Source of the DNA: a virus
Virus record (IMG/VR): IMGVR_UViG_3300020179_001470
Location: 1-64,000 of that record
Direction: 5' to 3' (one strand)
DNA length: 64,000 nt
The notes under the pieces were generated by a model. That model searched no databases. It was not told the origin of the DNA and saw only the letters and a program-made list of their open reading frames with translations. The position numbers were made by a program, and so were the translations under genes. Shown here one piece after another: positions 30,160 to 40,714 of the stretch; position 1 is the first letter of the stretch; every line of letters starts with the position of its first letter.

Positions 30160-30627
30160 ATGAAAAAATTATTAATGATATTATGTGTATCGATGGTCGG
30201 TAACACATGGGCTCAGGGACTTAGACTACCTGAGAGAGTATTCAATTACGCATTATCATATGGACCAAGAGGTAACCATTCTTATTATTCCGTAGGTTAT
30301 GAGTTTTCTGCGGAAAAAACCAATGCGAGTATTGGTGTCGGATATAGTAAAATTATGGCCGAATTAAATCTCTTTAATCCACACACACTTACCATAAATG
30401 GTAAACCCGAAGAGATTTATGTTGGATTAAATTATGTATACACCAATAAAGATTTTAGGTGGTTAATCTTAACAGGGGGTGTCGGTTACTCAACCAATGG
30501 TAACAATCAAATTTTGTTAAAAACCGCAGCAAATTTGAGAGTATCATATCCTTTTTATATAACTTTAACTTTTTACCAAACCAACAAACCACAGTTTATG
30601 GTAGGGGGTAAACTATTCATTTTTTAA
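30160..30627 (+). CDS. Exported protein, possible outer-membrane beta-barrel
   Basis: Signal peptide (TWA/Q), alternating aromatic strands, terminal Phe. Confidence 0.55.
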   Translation: MKKLLMILCVSMVGNTWAQGLRLPERVFNYALSYGPRGNHSYYSVGYEFSAEKTNASIGVGYSKIMAELNLFNPHTLTINGKPEEIYVGLNYVYTNKDFRWLILTGGVGYSTNGNNQILLKTAANLRVSYPFYITLTFYQTNKPQFMVGGKLFIF

Positions 30628-30629
30628 AT

Positions 30630-31004
30630 ATGAAAATAGCGCTGATAGCTCACGACGGTAAGAAAGCAGACATGGTTGCTTTTGTTATGAAACGATTAGA
30701 TTTCTTTAATCGAAAAGATGTGGAGATTGTTGCCACTGGAACCACGGGTAAAAGAATTATGTTTGCCGGCGTTACAAAAGTTGAACAAGTAAATTCTGGT
30801 CCAATGGGTGGAGACGCCCAAATAGCCGCCATGGTTTCGAGAAAAGAAATTGATGCAGTAATATTTTTCAGGGACCCATTGGATAAACATCCACATGAAC
30901 CTGATGTTCAAATGTTAATGAGAGTATGTGATGTACATGAAGTTGCATTATCCACAAACTACTCAAGCGCGAGAATGGTCGTAGACCATTTCACCAAAAT
31001 TTAA
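30630..31004 (+). CDS. mgsA: Methylglyoxal synthase
   Basis: IALIAHDGKK, ATGTTG, SGPMGGDAQI, FFRDPL..HPHEPD. Confidence 0.96.
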   Translation: MKIALIAHDGKKADMVAFVMKRLDFFNRKDVEIVATGTTGKRIMFAGVTKVEQVNSGPMGGDAQIAAMVSRKEIDAVIFFRDPLDKHPHEPDVQMLMRVCDVHEVALSTNYSSARMVVDHFTKI

Positions 31005-31045
31005 ATTTTGGAACAATAGTTGTCTAACACTAAAGCACAAAAATT

Positions 31046-31612
31046 ATGTTTTACAAATATGATAAAACCCATCTCCTTTGGAGGAAAGATTGGAAAAAAG
31101 TAAAGATTACATTATCGGTAGTAATCGTTTTAGTTATTTCTTCATTTATTTTTGGGAGGTTTATAAGATTTAAAAATTTGGATGACTATGAAAAAGAATT
31201 GATTGTTGTTTCATTGGAGAAAGAAAAAAACAAGTTTTCAGAAGATAAATTTGTCTCTGAATTAAAACGACTAAATGTTAAGTTTCCATATATAGTGATG
31301 GCACAAGCAATTGCAGAAACGGGTCATTATAAGAGTCAGGTGTTTAAAGAAAATAATAATCTCTTTGGAATGAAACAGGCGACTGTTAGAATCAACACCG
31401 CTAAGGGAACACAAAATGGTCATGCGTATTATGATAATTGGTATCAGTCTGTATATGATTACGCGTTTTATCAGTGTCGTTATCTTGGACAAATTAACTC
31501 AGAAAACGAATACTATTTGTATTTATCAAGTACTTATGCCGAAGCTGGTGATAGATATATAAATTTATTAAAAGAAATAATTAATACAGAAAATTTAAAA
31601 GAAAAATTTTAA
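31046..31612 (+). CDS. Glucosaminidase/FlgJ-like (GH73) muralytic enzyme with N-terminal TM
   Basis: MAQAIAETG, NNLFGMK, YAE. Confidence 0.85.
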   Translation: MFYKYDKTHLLWRKDWKKVKITLSVVIVLVISSFIFGRFIRFKNLDDYEKELIVVSLEKEKNKFSEDKFVSELKRLNVKFPYIVMAQAIAETGHYKSQVFKENNNLFGMKQATVRINTAKGTQNGHAYYDNWYQSVYDYAFYQCRYLGQINSENEYYLYLSSTYAEAGDRYINLLKEIINTENLKEKF

Positions 31613-31744
31613 ATATGAATGTAAAACAAGTTACAATTATTTTTCAAAAACCATATTAGAAGTTCCCATAAACGGGAATTTTTTTTGCATTTATTTGGAA
31701 ATATCAAAAATATTAAATATTATTTAGATGTTAAACACAAAAAT

Positions 31745-31963
31745 ATGCAAACATTACTTTTCAACACAACAACAAAAGAAGTCAAACTTTACGAAGGTGA
31801 AAAACAATCCTCTAAATTATTAGATTTAGTAACTCAGGTTCCAACCGTCAGAATTGTAGAAAGTGGTTACTATGAGGTTATGAAAAAAATTGACGGCGGA
31901 GAAAAAAATATACCCGTTCTTAGAGTACCTATTTCTAATACCAACATGTTCATTGAAAAATAA
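31745..31963 (+). CDS. Hypothetical protein
   Basis: Start moved to MQTLL. Confidence 0.6.
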   Translation: MQTLLFNTTTKEVKLYEGEKQSSKLLDLVTQVPTVRIVESGYYEVMKKIDGGEKNIPVLRVPISNTNMFIEK

Positions 31964-31965
31964 AA

Positions 31966-33873
31966 ATGATAAATTTTACTCCAAGTACATTTCAAAAAGA
32001 TATTTTTGATTTTGTACTAAAAGACAATCGAAACTTAGTTGTATCGGCTGTTGCTGGTAGTGGTAAAACAACTACATTATTAAAATCATTAGATTTAATA
32101 CCATTTGAATATTCTGTATTATTTCTTGCATTTAATAAAAGTATTGTTGATGAACTAATAGAGAGAGTACCCAAAAAAAGTAACATACATTTAAAAACTT
32201 TACATAAGTTTGGATACGGCACTATTAGAAAAAATTTCGATTCAAATCTCGACCCTTTAAAATACAGAAGTATTGTTTGGAATGTGATTGATTTTCTAAG
32301 TGGTAAAAAAGAAAACTCAATAGATAAATATAAGTTTGATGAAGAGCATTTAAATTATTGTAATCAATTATCTGAGTACTTTAAAAGTAATGAAATTGAT
32401 TATTCTAAATTTGTCACCGACATTGTCAACCTTTGTAATTTATCTAGATTGCATCTTGTTAATTTTGATATTAAACCGATAGGTGTTGGTGAAATAAATC
32501 GTTTATCCGAGATTCACTCAATTAGTAATCAGGACGGAGAATCGACATGTGCATGGTATCTTTCTAAATTGGGTATTTTCTACAAGAGTGAGGTTGACCA
32601 CACAGACCAAATTTATTTACCTAACATTTTAAATCTACCAACCGAAACATATGATTTTGTTTTCATTGATGAGTGTCAAGATTTGAATTCTTGTCAACGA
32701 ATGTTGATGCAAAAAGCATTAAAACCAAATACAGGTAGATTCATTGCGGTTGGTGACCCCAAACAAGCAATATATGCATTTGCAGGCGCTGACCATGAAT
32801 CATATGAGAAATTGAAAAGTATTCCGAACACACTTGAATTACCCTTATCTTACACCTATAGGTGTGCACCACAAATTTTGAATTTAGTACGTCACTTAAA
32901 TCCAGCAATAATCGCCCACCCAAAAAATAAAAAGGGAAAAGTTTTAGAAACATTTTCTTATAAAGACCTACAAGACGGTGACATGGTTTTATGTAGAAAC
33001 ACTTTTCCAATTGTGTCTCTCTGTATAAAACTTTTAAGTGAAGAAAAGAAATCCTATATCATAGGTTCAGATATTGGAAAATCACTCATCACATTGATTG
33101 AGTCTTCTCGAAATAAAACCCAAGAGTTTACTATGGAAAACGTTTTGTGTTCTTTACTTAAACAGAAGGAAAAAATGATTGAAAAGATAATGTCTTCACA
33201 AACAATGAAAAAAAGTGAGGCATCTGAAGACAGCCAAGTTGTTATCTTTTCTGAAAAAATTCAAGTTATCGAAGCGTTGAGTAATAATATAGAGGACCCA
33301 AATGTGGTAATAGAAAAAATACAAAAGATTTTTGCTGACGATAAAAAAAACGGGATTTGTTTAAGTACAATTCACAAATCTAAGGGTTTGGAAGCTGAAA
33401 GGGTTTTTATTATTCACCCCGAACTTATTCCGTCAAAGTTCGCAACATTACCTTGGCAAGTAGAACAAGAAAGGAATTTAGAATATGTTGCATACACAAG
33501 AGCGAAAACTACTTTAGGATTCATTAACGACTTTGACGCTTTCACCACTCACAAAACAAGAGACATAAATGAATCAAAATTGAAAATTAGTAAACACGTT
33601 GGTAGTCCAGGTATGAAAATGTATTTTGAATTAACCGTAATTGACGTAAGAACAATAAATGGTATGTATGGGGAAACCACTGTGTACGATTTGGTTGATA
33701 AAAATGGTAACATGTTTTGTAAGTTTGGTAACATTAGTGATGAATATCTTACAAATAACTTACAAAACAGAGTTGCAATAAATTCAAAAGTTTCTTTTTA
33801 TGGAATAATAAAAGAACATTCTGATTTTAGGGGTAACAAAGTAACCAAATTAGGTAAAATATCACAATACTGA
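31966..33873 (+). CDS. UvrD/Rep-like SF1 helicase
   Basis: AVAGSGKTT, IDECQD, VGDPKQAIYAF, STIHKSKGLE, YVAYTRAK. Confidence 0.92.
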   Translation: MINFTPSTFQKDIFDFVLKDNRNLVVSAVAGSGKTTTLLKSLDLIPFEYSVLFLAFNKSIVDELIERVPKKSNIHLKTLHKFGYGTIRKNFDSNLDPLKYRSIVWNVIDFLSGKKENSIDKYKFDEEHLNYCNQLSEYFKSNEIDYSKFVTDIVNLCNLSRLHLVNFDIKPIGVGEINRLSEIHSISNQDGESTCAWYLSKLGIFYKSEVDHTDQIYLPNILNLPTETYDFVFIDECQDLNSCQRMLMQKALKPNTGRFIAVGDPKQAIYAFAGADHESYEKLKSIPNTLELPLSYTYRCAPQILNLVRHLNPAIIAHPKNKKGKVLETFSYKDLQDGDMVLCRNTFPIVSLCIKLLSEEKKSYIIGSDIGKSLITLIESSRNKTQEFTMENVLCSLLKQKEKMIEKIMSSQTMKKSEASEDSQVVIFSEKIQVIEALSNNIEDPNVVIEKIQKIFADDKKNGICLSTIHKSKGLEAERVFIIHPELIPSKFATLPWQVEQERNLEYVAYTRAKTTLGFINDFDAFTTHKTRDINESKLKISKHVGSPGMKMYFELTVIDVRTINGMYGETTVYDLVDKNGNMFCKFGNISDEYLTNNLQNRVAINSKVSFYGIIKEHSDFRGNKVTKLGKISQY

Positions 33874-33909
33874 TTTGACAATTTGAAATATTTTAACTAT
33901 ATTTGAAAC

Positions 33910-34395
33910 ATGGGATGCGATATTCATGTTTATTTAGAAAAATACACCTCAGTAAATGGTGAGAACAAGTGGGTCAACGTTGACCATTGGCAAGTAAATC
34001 CAAATTTCGGCATTTTTGAAAACGAACCTGAGTACGACCAAGTTTCTTTTTATTGGGGTAGGAATTACGATTTGTTTTCAATTCTTGCTGAGATTAGGGG
34101 TTCCATGGACTCAATTGACAGTCCAAGAGGATTACCTGAGGATGTGAGTTCAGTCACTAAAAAACAATACGATATACACCGAGAAATCCATACCCCTTCT
34201 TACTACACACTAAAAGAACTGAAGGATTATCTATATAACAATTCCGACAATGAAGAAATAGTTGAGAACTTGAAAGGTTTTGTTGAGCGTATGGACAACA
34301 GATTTAAAGAAGAGTTTTGGATAACAAACGACGACGAAAAGAGATACACAGTTAAAGAGAATGGATTCAGGGTTGTCTTTTGGTTTGACAATTAA
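33910..34395 (+). CDS. Hypothetical phage protein (MGCDIH...WFDN type)
   Basis: MGCDIH, RNYDLF, PRGLP, VFWFDN. Confidence 0.7.
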   Translation: MGCDIHVYLEKYTSVNGENKWVNVDHWQVNPNFGIFENEPEYDQVSFYWGRNYDLFSILAEIRGSMDSIDSPRGLPEDVSSVTKKQYDIHREIHTPSYYTLKELKDYLYNNSDNEEIVENLKGFVERMDNRFKEEFWITNDDEKRYTVKENGFRVVFWFDN

Positions 34396-34403
34396 TTTTA
34401 TCA

Positions 34404-34661
34404 ATGTTAGACGATAAATTATATAATGCAGCAAGAGAGTTCGTTAAAAAATACGAACAAGAAAATGTTAGTGAACACATCATTAACATTATAGTTTCAA
34501 TTATGAGAACGAGAGATAGCATTGGACCTGTTGGTGGTGGTTTTGTTCAGTGCGTAGTAAACAATGATTTGTATGGTGCTTTGGTTAGGGCGGATAATGA
34601 ATGTTTGAAGCATATTAAATTAATTGCGTTATCTAAAAATAATTGTTTTTGTGAAATTTAA
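34404..34661 (+). CDS. Hypothetical protein
   Basis: GGFVQCVVNNDLYGALVRAD. Confidence 0.6.
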   Translation: MLDDKLYNAAREFVKKYEQENVSEHIINIIVSIMRTRDSIGPVGGGFVQCVVNNDLYGALVRADNECLKHIKLIALSKNNCFCEI

Positions 34662-34696
34662 TTTATTTTTTTACTATAAAATTTTATATTTAGAAC

Positions 34697-34951
34697 ATGA
34701 AAAAACTTACATTAATATTAACACTTAGTTTGGTTTTTATGTCTTGTAAATACAAAACTACTTACATCGACAAAAAAGTAAAATGCGTCATTGATTCTGT
34801 GGAATACCATGGCGTTAGTCAAGACAATACTATGCAAACAACACCGTATTGGAAATTATATTTAAGAGAACCTAAAATAAAAATAACTTCACATAGGTGC
34901 TACGAAAAAGGTGACACTATTGAGGTTATAGAAAGACAAATAAAAAAATAA
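34697..34951 (+). CDS. Lipoprotein
   Basis: Signal peptide ending VFMSC. Confidence 0.65.
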   Translation: MKKLTLILTLSLVFMSCKYKTTYIDKKVKCVIDSVEYHGVSQDNTMQTTPYWKLYLREPKIKITSHRCYEKGDTIEVIERQIKK

Positions 34952-34955
34952 AAAT

Positions 34956-35828
34956 ATGATTAATAGAACTTTTACTCCCGAGTGGAAACTATGGATTTGG
35001 TCGAACATTGTTAAGGGATACGATAAAGAATCCATATTTAATGTATTATTGAATAACGGATTCGATTATAATTTAATAAAAAAAGAATTAGAAATCGAAC
35101 CGACGAATGCTCTAATTTGGCAAAGACAATATTCACAGGAAAATCTCAACCAATCTTACGAAATTGAATTATACCCATTTAATAAATCTATTTGTGATGA
35201 CCCAAAAGCTTATAGAATTGAAAACAATTTCGTTGAAATATATCATTATCCTGAATTATTAACGTTGTCCGAATGTGATGATTTGATAATCATCACGGAT
35301 AAAAAATTAAATTCACAGAAAAAATCTAAAGACGTACAATCACCTTTGATTCATAAATTAGATAAGAAGTCAAAACTTTACAAAAAAGTAAATGAGAGAA
35401 TTAATTCTGTGGTGGGACTTTTAGACTCTTTTGGTGAAGATATTTTTATTCAAAAAATAAGACCTGAATTTGACTACAAAGAAAAATACGATTTCCTACT
35501 GCCCAATCAAATATTGGAGGATAAATTATTTACAAACATGGGCATGAGGATATGGAGCGTTCAAATATCATTAAATAACATCACTGAGGGGGGTCATTTA
35601 ACTTTCCAATCTATTGATAGAAGTGTAAAACCCATTAAAGGAGATGGTGTAATTTGGAAAAATTTATATCACGACTTTAAACCAAATCCGTACACTAAAC
35701 ATACACATTTTAAAACAACCGAAGGTGACAAATATGTGTTGTTCAAATATTATAGAATGGAGGATGGTAGTCAGGTTAAAAAAGAAGGTCAACAAGAGAT
35801 TGAAATCCAACTCGATGAAGTTAAGTAG
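34956..35828 (+). CDS. 2OG-Fe(II) oxygenase (prolyl 4-hydroxylase-like), possibly degenerate
   Basis: LTLSECDDLI, R.WS..ISLN..EGG..TF, P.KG..VIW.N, GDKY; KYD in place of HxD. Confidence 0.7.
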   Translation: MINRTFTPEWKLWIWSNIVKGYDKESIFNVLLNNGFDYNLIKKELEIEPTNALIWQRQYSQENLNQSYEIELYPFNKSICDDPKAYRIENNFVEIYHYPELLTLSECDDLIIITDKKLNSQKKSKDVQSPLIHKLDKKSKLYKKVNERINSVVGLLDSFGEDIFIQKIRPEFDYKEKYDFLLPNQILEDKLFTNMGMRIWSVQISLNNITEGGHLTFQSIDRSVKPIKGDGVIWKNLYHDFKPNPYTKHTHFKTTEGDKYVLFKYYRMEDGSQVKKEGQQEIEIQLDEVK

Positions 35829-36043
35829 TCTTATTTTATTTCTTGTATTGGTTAGTTCATACTCTCAACCTAATACAAAACAAGTTTTGAATGAATCCAA
35901 CAACCCCCCAAAATATTAAATTAACTAATCAAAGTGAGTTCAGAGTTTTTGAATGGAAACATAAAGGACATACATACCTAATAATTGATATCCCCCATGG
36001 TTCAGGAATCACACACGCAGGACATTGTCCCTGTGGAAAATAA
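35815..36043 (+). pseudogene. Probable frameshifted exported-protein gene
   Basis: MKLSSLILFLVLVSS...* then, in another frame, ...KHKGHTYL...GITHAGHCPCGK*. Confidence 0.4.
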
Positions 36044-36111
36044 ATTAACAACAGAACAGGAAGATATTTTGTGGTGGGAACACTATGAAAAAATGTATTT
36101 AACCAACAAAG

Positions 36112-36651
36112 ATGGGGAATCTGAATTTTTATGAGGATATAAAAATTGGTCAAACCAATGAGCAAGTCGTTATTGAAGTATTTGAAAAAGAATATAACGC
36201 CATTTGTGTTGGGAAGAGTGAAAAGGAAAATGGTGATTTAAAAGAGTTTGATTTAATATTCAATTTCCCAACCAAAACTCACGTGGTTGCTGAGGTTAAG
36301 ACTGAAGATAAGTGGGTACAACCTGGTAGATGGTTACCAAATGGTGCATACTTTCCCGGAATAGACACAGGAAACATTTGTATCGAATTTAGGATGCACG
36401 GTAAAGACAGTGGAATCATGGTAACCAAATCTGATTTGTGGGTGATAGTGTTTATGAATATCAAAGAGATTTGGGTCGTGAGAACCGAAAAATTAAAGAA
36501 GTTATTATCTCAAAATAACTTCAATATTAAGATTGGTGGTGACGAAGTTTATGCTGGTACAAATACGGCAATACCCGAGGAAAAAAGGTCACACATGTAT
36601 CTTATTCCAAGAAAAGAATACGAAAATCATTTTACAATTTTAAAATACTAA
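36112..36651 (+). CDS. PD-(D/E)XK nuclease-like protein
   Basis: FDL...AEVKTED...TGNICIE..SGI..TKSD.W. Confidence 0.7.
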   Translation: MGNLNFYEDIKIGQTNEQVVIEVFEKEYNAICVGKSEKENGDLKEFDLIFNFPTKTHVVAEVKTEDKWVQPGRWLPNGAYFPGIDTGNICIEFRMHGKDSGIMVTKSDLWVIVFMNIKEIWVVRTEKLKKLLSQNNFNIKIGGDEVYAGTNTAIPEEKRSHMYLIPRKEYENHFTILKY

Positions 36652-37064
36652 GAAGACTTTTCTCTAATAAAATCTCTTATTATTTTACCCATTACATTTG
36701 CGAAATTCAATTCAATTAATTCTTCTTGGTTTACAAATCTAAGGTATTGACCTTCATTTAATGGGATTTCATTAATTGGTTTGTTTATTACACCTTGAAA
36801 TATGTATTTCATATTAGGTGTCACGTCACCTTCTATACAAACATACTTCTTCCAAAAAGAAAAGTTTCTCAGATTATTTGAATCAAATTCAATTTCCTCT
36901 ATCATCTCCCTTTTCAAAGCTTCTAATGGTGTCTCCCTTTTCTCCACATGACCACCAATTAAATCCCAATGGTTAGGAAAGGGTATTTCGGGATTATTAT
37001 CTCTTAGGTAAACCAAATATTCACCCTGAAGATTCTGAAGTATTATTTGAGATATTCGTATCAT
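36648..37064 (-). CDS. NUDIX hydrolase
   Basis: GGHVEKRETPLEALKREMIEEI. Confidence 0.9.
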   Translation of the reverse strand: MIRISQIILQNLQGEYLVYLRDNNPEIPFPNHWDLIGGHVEKRETPLEALKREMIEEIEFDSNNLRNFSFWKKYVCIEGDVTPNMKYIFQGVINKPINEIPLNEGQYLRFVNQEELIELNFANVMGKIIRDFIREKSS

Positions 37065-37293
37065 AATTTTGAATTATAAAGATAAATATTTATATTTTAC
37101 ATATGAAAATATTATTATTAACATTTGGTGTACTATTTTTAATTGTTATGTACTTCTTAACAACCGAAATAACAATAAACGGGGAACATAATCGGACAGC
37201 GTTTAAAATAAAATCAATATTTTATTGGTTTGCTGTTACTTCATCTTTTTGTTTGAGGTACATTGTTGCTTTAAAATTTTAAAAAAATATGAA

Positions 37294-37488
37294 ATGACTA
37301 ATGCAGAAGTACACGAATATTATGGTTGGTTGGCGTTCAGTGAGGGTTTCTTTCAACAATGGCAAGACGAGGTTTCGAGAAGAATTTTGACTTTAAATCC
37401 ACATGAAAGTAAAAGAGAGTCTGTGAGGGCTGATATATCTATGCAAGTTTACAAGGAAATGTTAAAACGTAAATCTAATTTAGATTAA
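37294..37488 (+). CDS. Hypothetical protein
   Basis: Start moved to MTNAE. Confidence 0.5.
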   Translation: MTNAEVHEYYGWLAFSEGFFQQWQDEVSRRILTLNPHESKRESVRADISMQVYKEMLKRKSNLD

Positions 37489-37490
37489 CG

Positions 37491-37949
37491 ATGACATTTT
37501 TGGAAAAAATTAAATTATTAGTGGACAAAAGATATGTGTCCGAGTTTTTAAAAAAACATAAAGATGAATACTTCTGTAATAAATGGTGGTGCCATAAAAT
37601 TCAAATCTCAACACTACATCTTTCTGAAATTAAAAGTAGTTTAAAAAACATAGACCTTATTGACCCATTATATAAACAAATAGAAAAAGAAATACTTGAG
37701 AAGGGTTTTGATTATAATAAAAGTTACATTTATGTTTCTAATAAAAAATATATTATAGATGGTCATCACCGATATTTTATTTTAAAAAAACATTTCGAAG
37801 GTACATTTCTAATTACGGTTTTCGTACTTACAGATATGAATAGTAGGTATTTGTATATTTTGAAAATGTCAATTGTTCATTTGTTTGTTTGGTTGATTAG
37901 ATTTTTATTTAAAAGAAATAAAGGTCAAATTATAGAGTTGAATCTTTAA
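37491..37949 (+). CDS. ParB/Srx-like domain protein
   Basis: IIDGHHRY. Confidence 0.6.
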   Translation: MTFLEKIKLLVDKRYVSEFLKKHKDEYFCNKWWCHKIQISTLHLSEIKSSLKNIDLIDPLYKQIEKEILEKGFDYNKSYIYVSNKKYIIDGHHRYFILKKHFEGTFLITVFVLTDMNSRYLYILKMSIVHLFVWLIRFLFKRNKGQIIELNL

Positions 37950-37966
37950 AAGAGATAATTATAGAT

Positions 37967-38662
37967 ATGAAAATAGATGCACTTTTTATTTCAGATGTTC
38001 ACCTTGGTACGAAAGGTAGTAATTCTGAAATGGTTTTAGAGGTGTTAAAATCTTACGAACCGAATTATCTATTTTTAGTGGGTGACATCATAGATGGTTG
38101 GATGTTACAAAGAAAGTTCAGATGGAAACAATCTGACACAAATGTTATTAGAAAAATATTATCACACTCTAAACGAGGTTGTCATGTAGTCTATATCACA
38201 GGTAATCACGACGAATTTTTGAGACAGTATAATGATTTATCTTTTGGTAATATTGAAATATGTAACGAGTATAAGTATGGTAATGTTTTTATAACACACG
38301 GAGATTTATACGATGGTGTTGTAAAATTGAAATGGTTAGGTGTTTTAGGTTCAATTGGGTATGATATTGCAATATCAGTCGATAGAACCCTCAAAAAATT
38401 TGGACACAAAAGGTCTTTATCAAAATTTTTAAAAGACAGTGTAAAAGAAGCCGTAAAATTCATAACAAGTTTTGAATTAGAGTTGGTTAGACAAGCAAAA
38501 AAAAGAGAATGTGACACGGTAATTTGTGGTCACATACACAATCCTGAAGATAAAATTATTGAAGGTGTGAGATATTTGAATTGTGGGGATTGGGTTGAGA
38601 ATAATACTTATATAATACACCATAATGGTAAATTTGAACTTCAGAAATATGACACTCTATAG
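37967..38662 (+). CDS. UDP-2,3-diacylglucosamine diphosphatase-like (LpxH/YbbF) metallophosphoesterase
   Basis: ISDVHLG, VGDIIDGW, GNHD, HGD, CGHIH, YLNCGDWVE. Confidence 0.88.
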   Translation: MKIDALFISDVHLGTKGSNSEMVLEVLKSYEPNYLFLVGDIIDGWMLQRKFRWKQSDTNVIRKILSHSKRGCHVVYITGNHDEFLRQYNDLSFGNIEICNEYKYGNVFITHGDLYDGVVKLKWLGVLGSIGYDIAISVDRTLKKFGHKRSLSKFLKDSVKEAVKFITSFELELVRQAKKRECDTVICGHIHNPEDKIIEGVRYLNCGDWVENNTYIIHHNGKFELQKYDTL

Positions 38663-39386
38663 ACCTAAAAAAATAAAAGATAAAATCACAATTGTAATCC
38701 CATGTTACAATGAGGAGAGGTATATAAAAAAAACAATTGATTCAATATACAATCAAGTATTAATCGAGGGAACGCGTGTAATCGTATCCGACAACTATTC
38801 AACCGATAGAACTAGAGCAATCATAAACAATCTTTCACATATGTATTCAGATAGATTGAATATAGAAATGATTAATGGTGGTAGGGTTGGTGTTGCCAGA
38901 AATTTAGGTAGTGATTTAGTCAGGACAGAATACATACTTTTTTTAGACGCGGATATCCGGTTGTTTAACAATGTAACGATACATGATTGTCTTGAAGATA
39001 TGGTTGAGGACAAATTGGACTTGATGACTTGTAAAGTTAAATCGGTATCGTCGGGTTGGAGGTCTAAACTAGCATTTGTTAGTTTTAATATAGTCAATCA
39101 AATAGTCAGTCACTTTACACCTTTCGCGGTCGGAACGTTTTTTCTAACGAGAACCGATAGATTCTTCGAAATGGGAAAGTTTAGTGAGGATTACCCACAC
39201 AGTGAAGATTATGGTCTAAGTAGAAAATACAACCCAAAAAAGTTTAGAATATCAGAACATTATGTCGGTCAAGATGACCGTAGGTTCAAAAAAATGGGGT
39301 ATTTTGGTATGATTAAACTACTTGTTAGGTCATTTTTCAATAGAAAAAACGAAGAATATTTCAAGAAAGACATAGGTTATTGGTGA
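38649..39386 (+). CDS. Glycosyltransferase family 2
   Basis: IVIPCYNEE, ARNLG, FLDAD, SED, RRF. Confidence 0.9.
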   Translation: MTLYRPKKIKDKITIVIPCYNEERYIKKTIDSIYNQVLIEGTRVIVSDNYSTDRTRAIINNLSHMYSDRLNIEMINGGRVGVARNLGSDLVRTEYILFLDADIRLFNNVTIHDCLEDMVEDKLDLMTCKVKSVSSGWRSKLAFVSFNIVNQIVSHFTPFAVGTFFLTRTDRFFEMGKFSEDYPHSEDYGLSRKYNPKKFRISEHYVGQDDRRFKKMGYFGMIKLLVRSFFNRKNEEYFKKDIGYW

Positions 39387-39509
39387 TTTCAAAAAAAATT
39401 TTGAAATAGTTAAATTTATTCATAATATTGACAAATGATTGTACTTTTATTATTCATCATTTGCATATTATTGTATGCAATTAATGAAAACATCCGAAAA
39501 AAATGACCT

Positions 39510-39818
39510 ATGATACATTCCAACCTTCAGGTATACGATTACCTACAACCTCATTACAAATGGAATTTAGTATCAATAGCATTCTGTGATAGAATATTGA
39601 TGGTTATGGTTTCCAATGGGTGTAGTGAGAAAGAATTTTTAGATTTGAAAGAATATCTAACAAAAAACATGTTTCACAGACATGATGAAACTAACGTCTA
39701 TTATCGACTTAAAAGTAGGGGAGGGGAATTTGTTAATCCAATTGTTTTTGACAAAGAAAACGGAAATAGCAGGGTCGAAATGACTAAAAGGTTTATTGGT
39801 AGAAATTTACTGATTTAA
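39510..39818 (+). CDS. Hypothetical protein
   Basis: 102-aa ORF. Confidence 0.55.
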   Translation: MIHSNLQVYDYLQPHYKWNLVSIAFCDRILMVMVSNGCSEKEFLDLKEYLTKNMFHRHDETNVYYRLKSRGGEFVNPIVFDKENGNSRVEMTKRFIGRNLLI

Positions 39819-39830
39819 TATTACTTTTGT

Positions 39831-40127
39831 ATGGTGATACACAAAAAAGTCAAAGAAGCATACCAAGAATATATCGAGTGGTATGATAATTTAGGTATAA
39901 ATAAGGAATACCTTAAAGAGGTAAAAATCAAGAGTCTAACTGAATTTGCGCAAAGTATGATTAATGATTATGAACTTTGGTACATGTTTGGTGAGGATTG
40001 TACCTTACCACTGTCACTTTTAGAAAGACAAGAAATATACAAGGAAAGATACCCAATTTCATGGGATATTTTATCTCATAAGCATTATGATGATTTTTTA
40101 ATACCGACAGTTAAACTAATTGAGTAA
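39831..40127 (+). CDS. Hypothetical protein
   Basis: 98-aa ORF. Confidence 0.55.
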   Translation: MVIHKKVKEAYQEYIEWYDNLGINKEYLKEVKIKSLTEFAQSMINDYELWYMFGEDCTLPLSLLERQEIYKERYPISWDILSHKHYDDFLIPTVKLIE

Positions 40128-40129
40128 AA

Positions 40130-40714
40130 ATGAAGTACATATTAAAAACTTATGGGTGGAGCGCCGAGTTTATCGGTAAGAAACTTACAGACGAACAAGT
40201 CCAAAAAATTGAACTTTTAAAAGAAGAAAAAAAGTACGATGAACTTTGGGAAGTTAGATTTGACTTGGAAAGTTTAGATATTGACATTTACGATGGTGAC
40301 ATCTTTCACGTAAACAAAGCATTGGATAACCAAACAATGACTTTTGAACTTGAAGATGAAAACGGTAACAACGTATTATCTTTTGGTATTGAAGATATTC
40401 AGACAATCTCTTCAGTGAATGAGGATTGGGATGATTATATTTCACATCGAGCATTCCCAATGGAAAGGGGCGAGAACATCTATGTGAGTGTTGATGAAAA
40501 CAAAGGTGGTATTTGGGAATATGAAATTGAATCTGAAACGGTTCCAACCATTGAAGATTTCACCTACTGTCATGGCTCTGTCGACTTTCCTGATGGGGAC
40601 TGGGATTACATCGATAGAATATTTTTTAAGGGTGAATCCATCGAACCCTCTGATTTTTTGGACAACTGGGGTAAATCCTCTCAGGTAGACATTTTTAAAT
40701 TTGAAGAAAACTAG
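40130..40714 (+). CDS. Acidic hypothetical protein
   Basis: 194-aa ORF. Confidence 0.65.
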   Translation: MKYILKTYGWSAEFIGKKLTDEQVQKIELLKEEKKYDELWEVRFDLESLDIDIYDGDIFHVNKALDNQTMTFELEDENGNNVLSFGIEDIQTISSVNEDWDDYISHRAFPMERGENIYVSVDENKGGIWEYEIESETVPTIEDFTYCHGSVDFPDGDWDYIDRIFFKGESIEPSDFLDNWGKSSQVDIFKFEEN

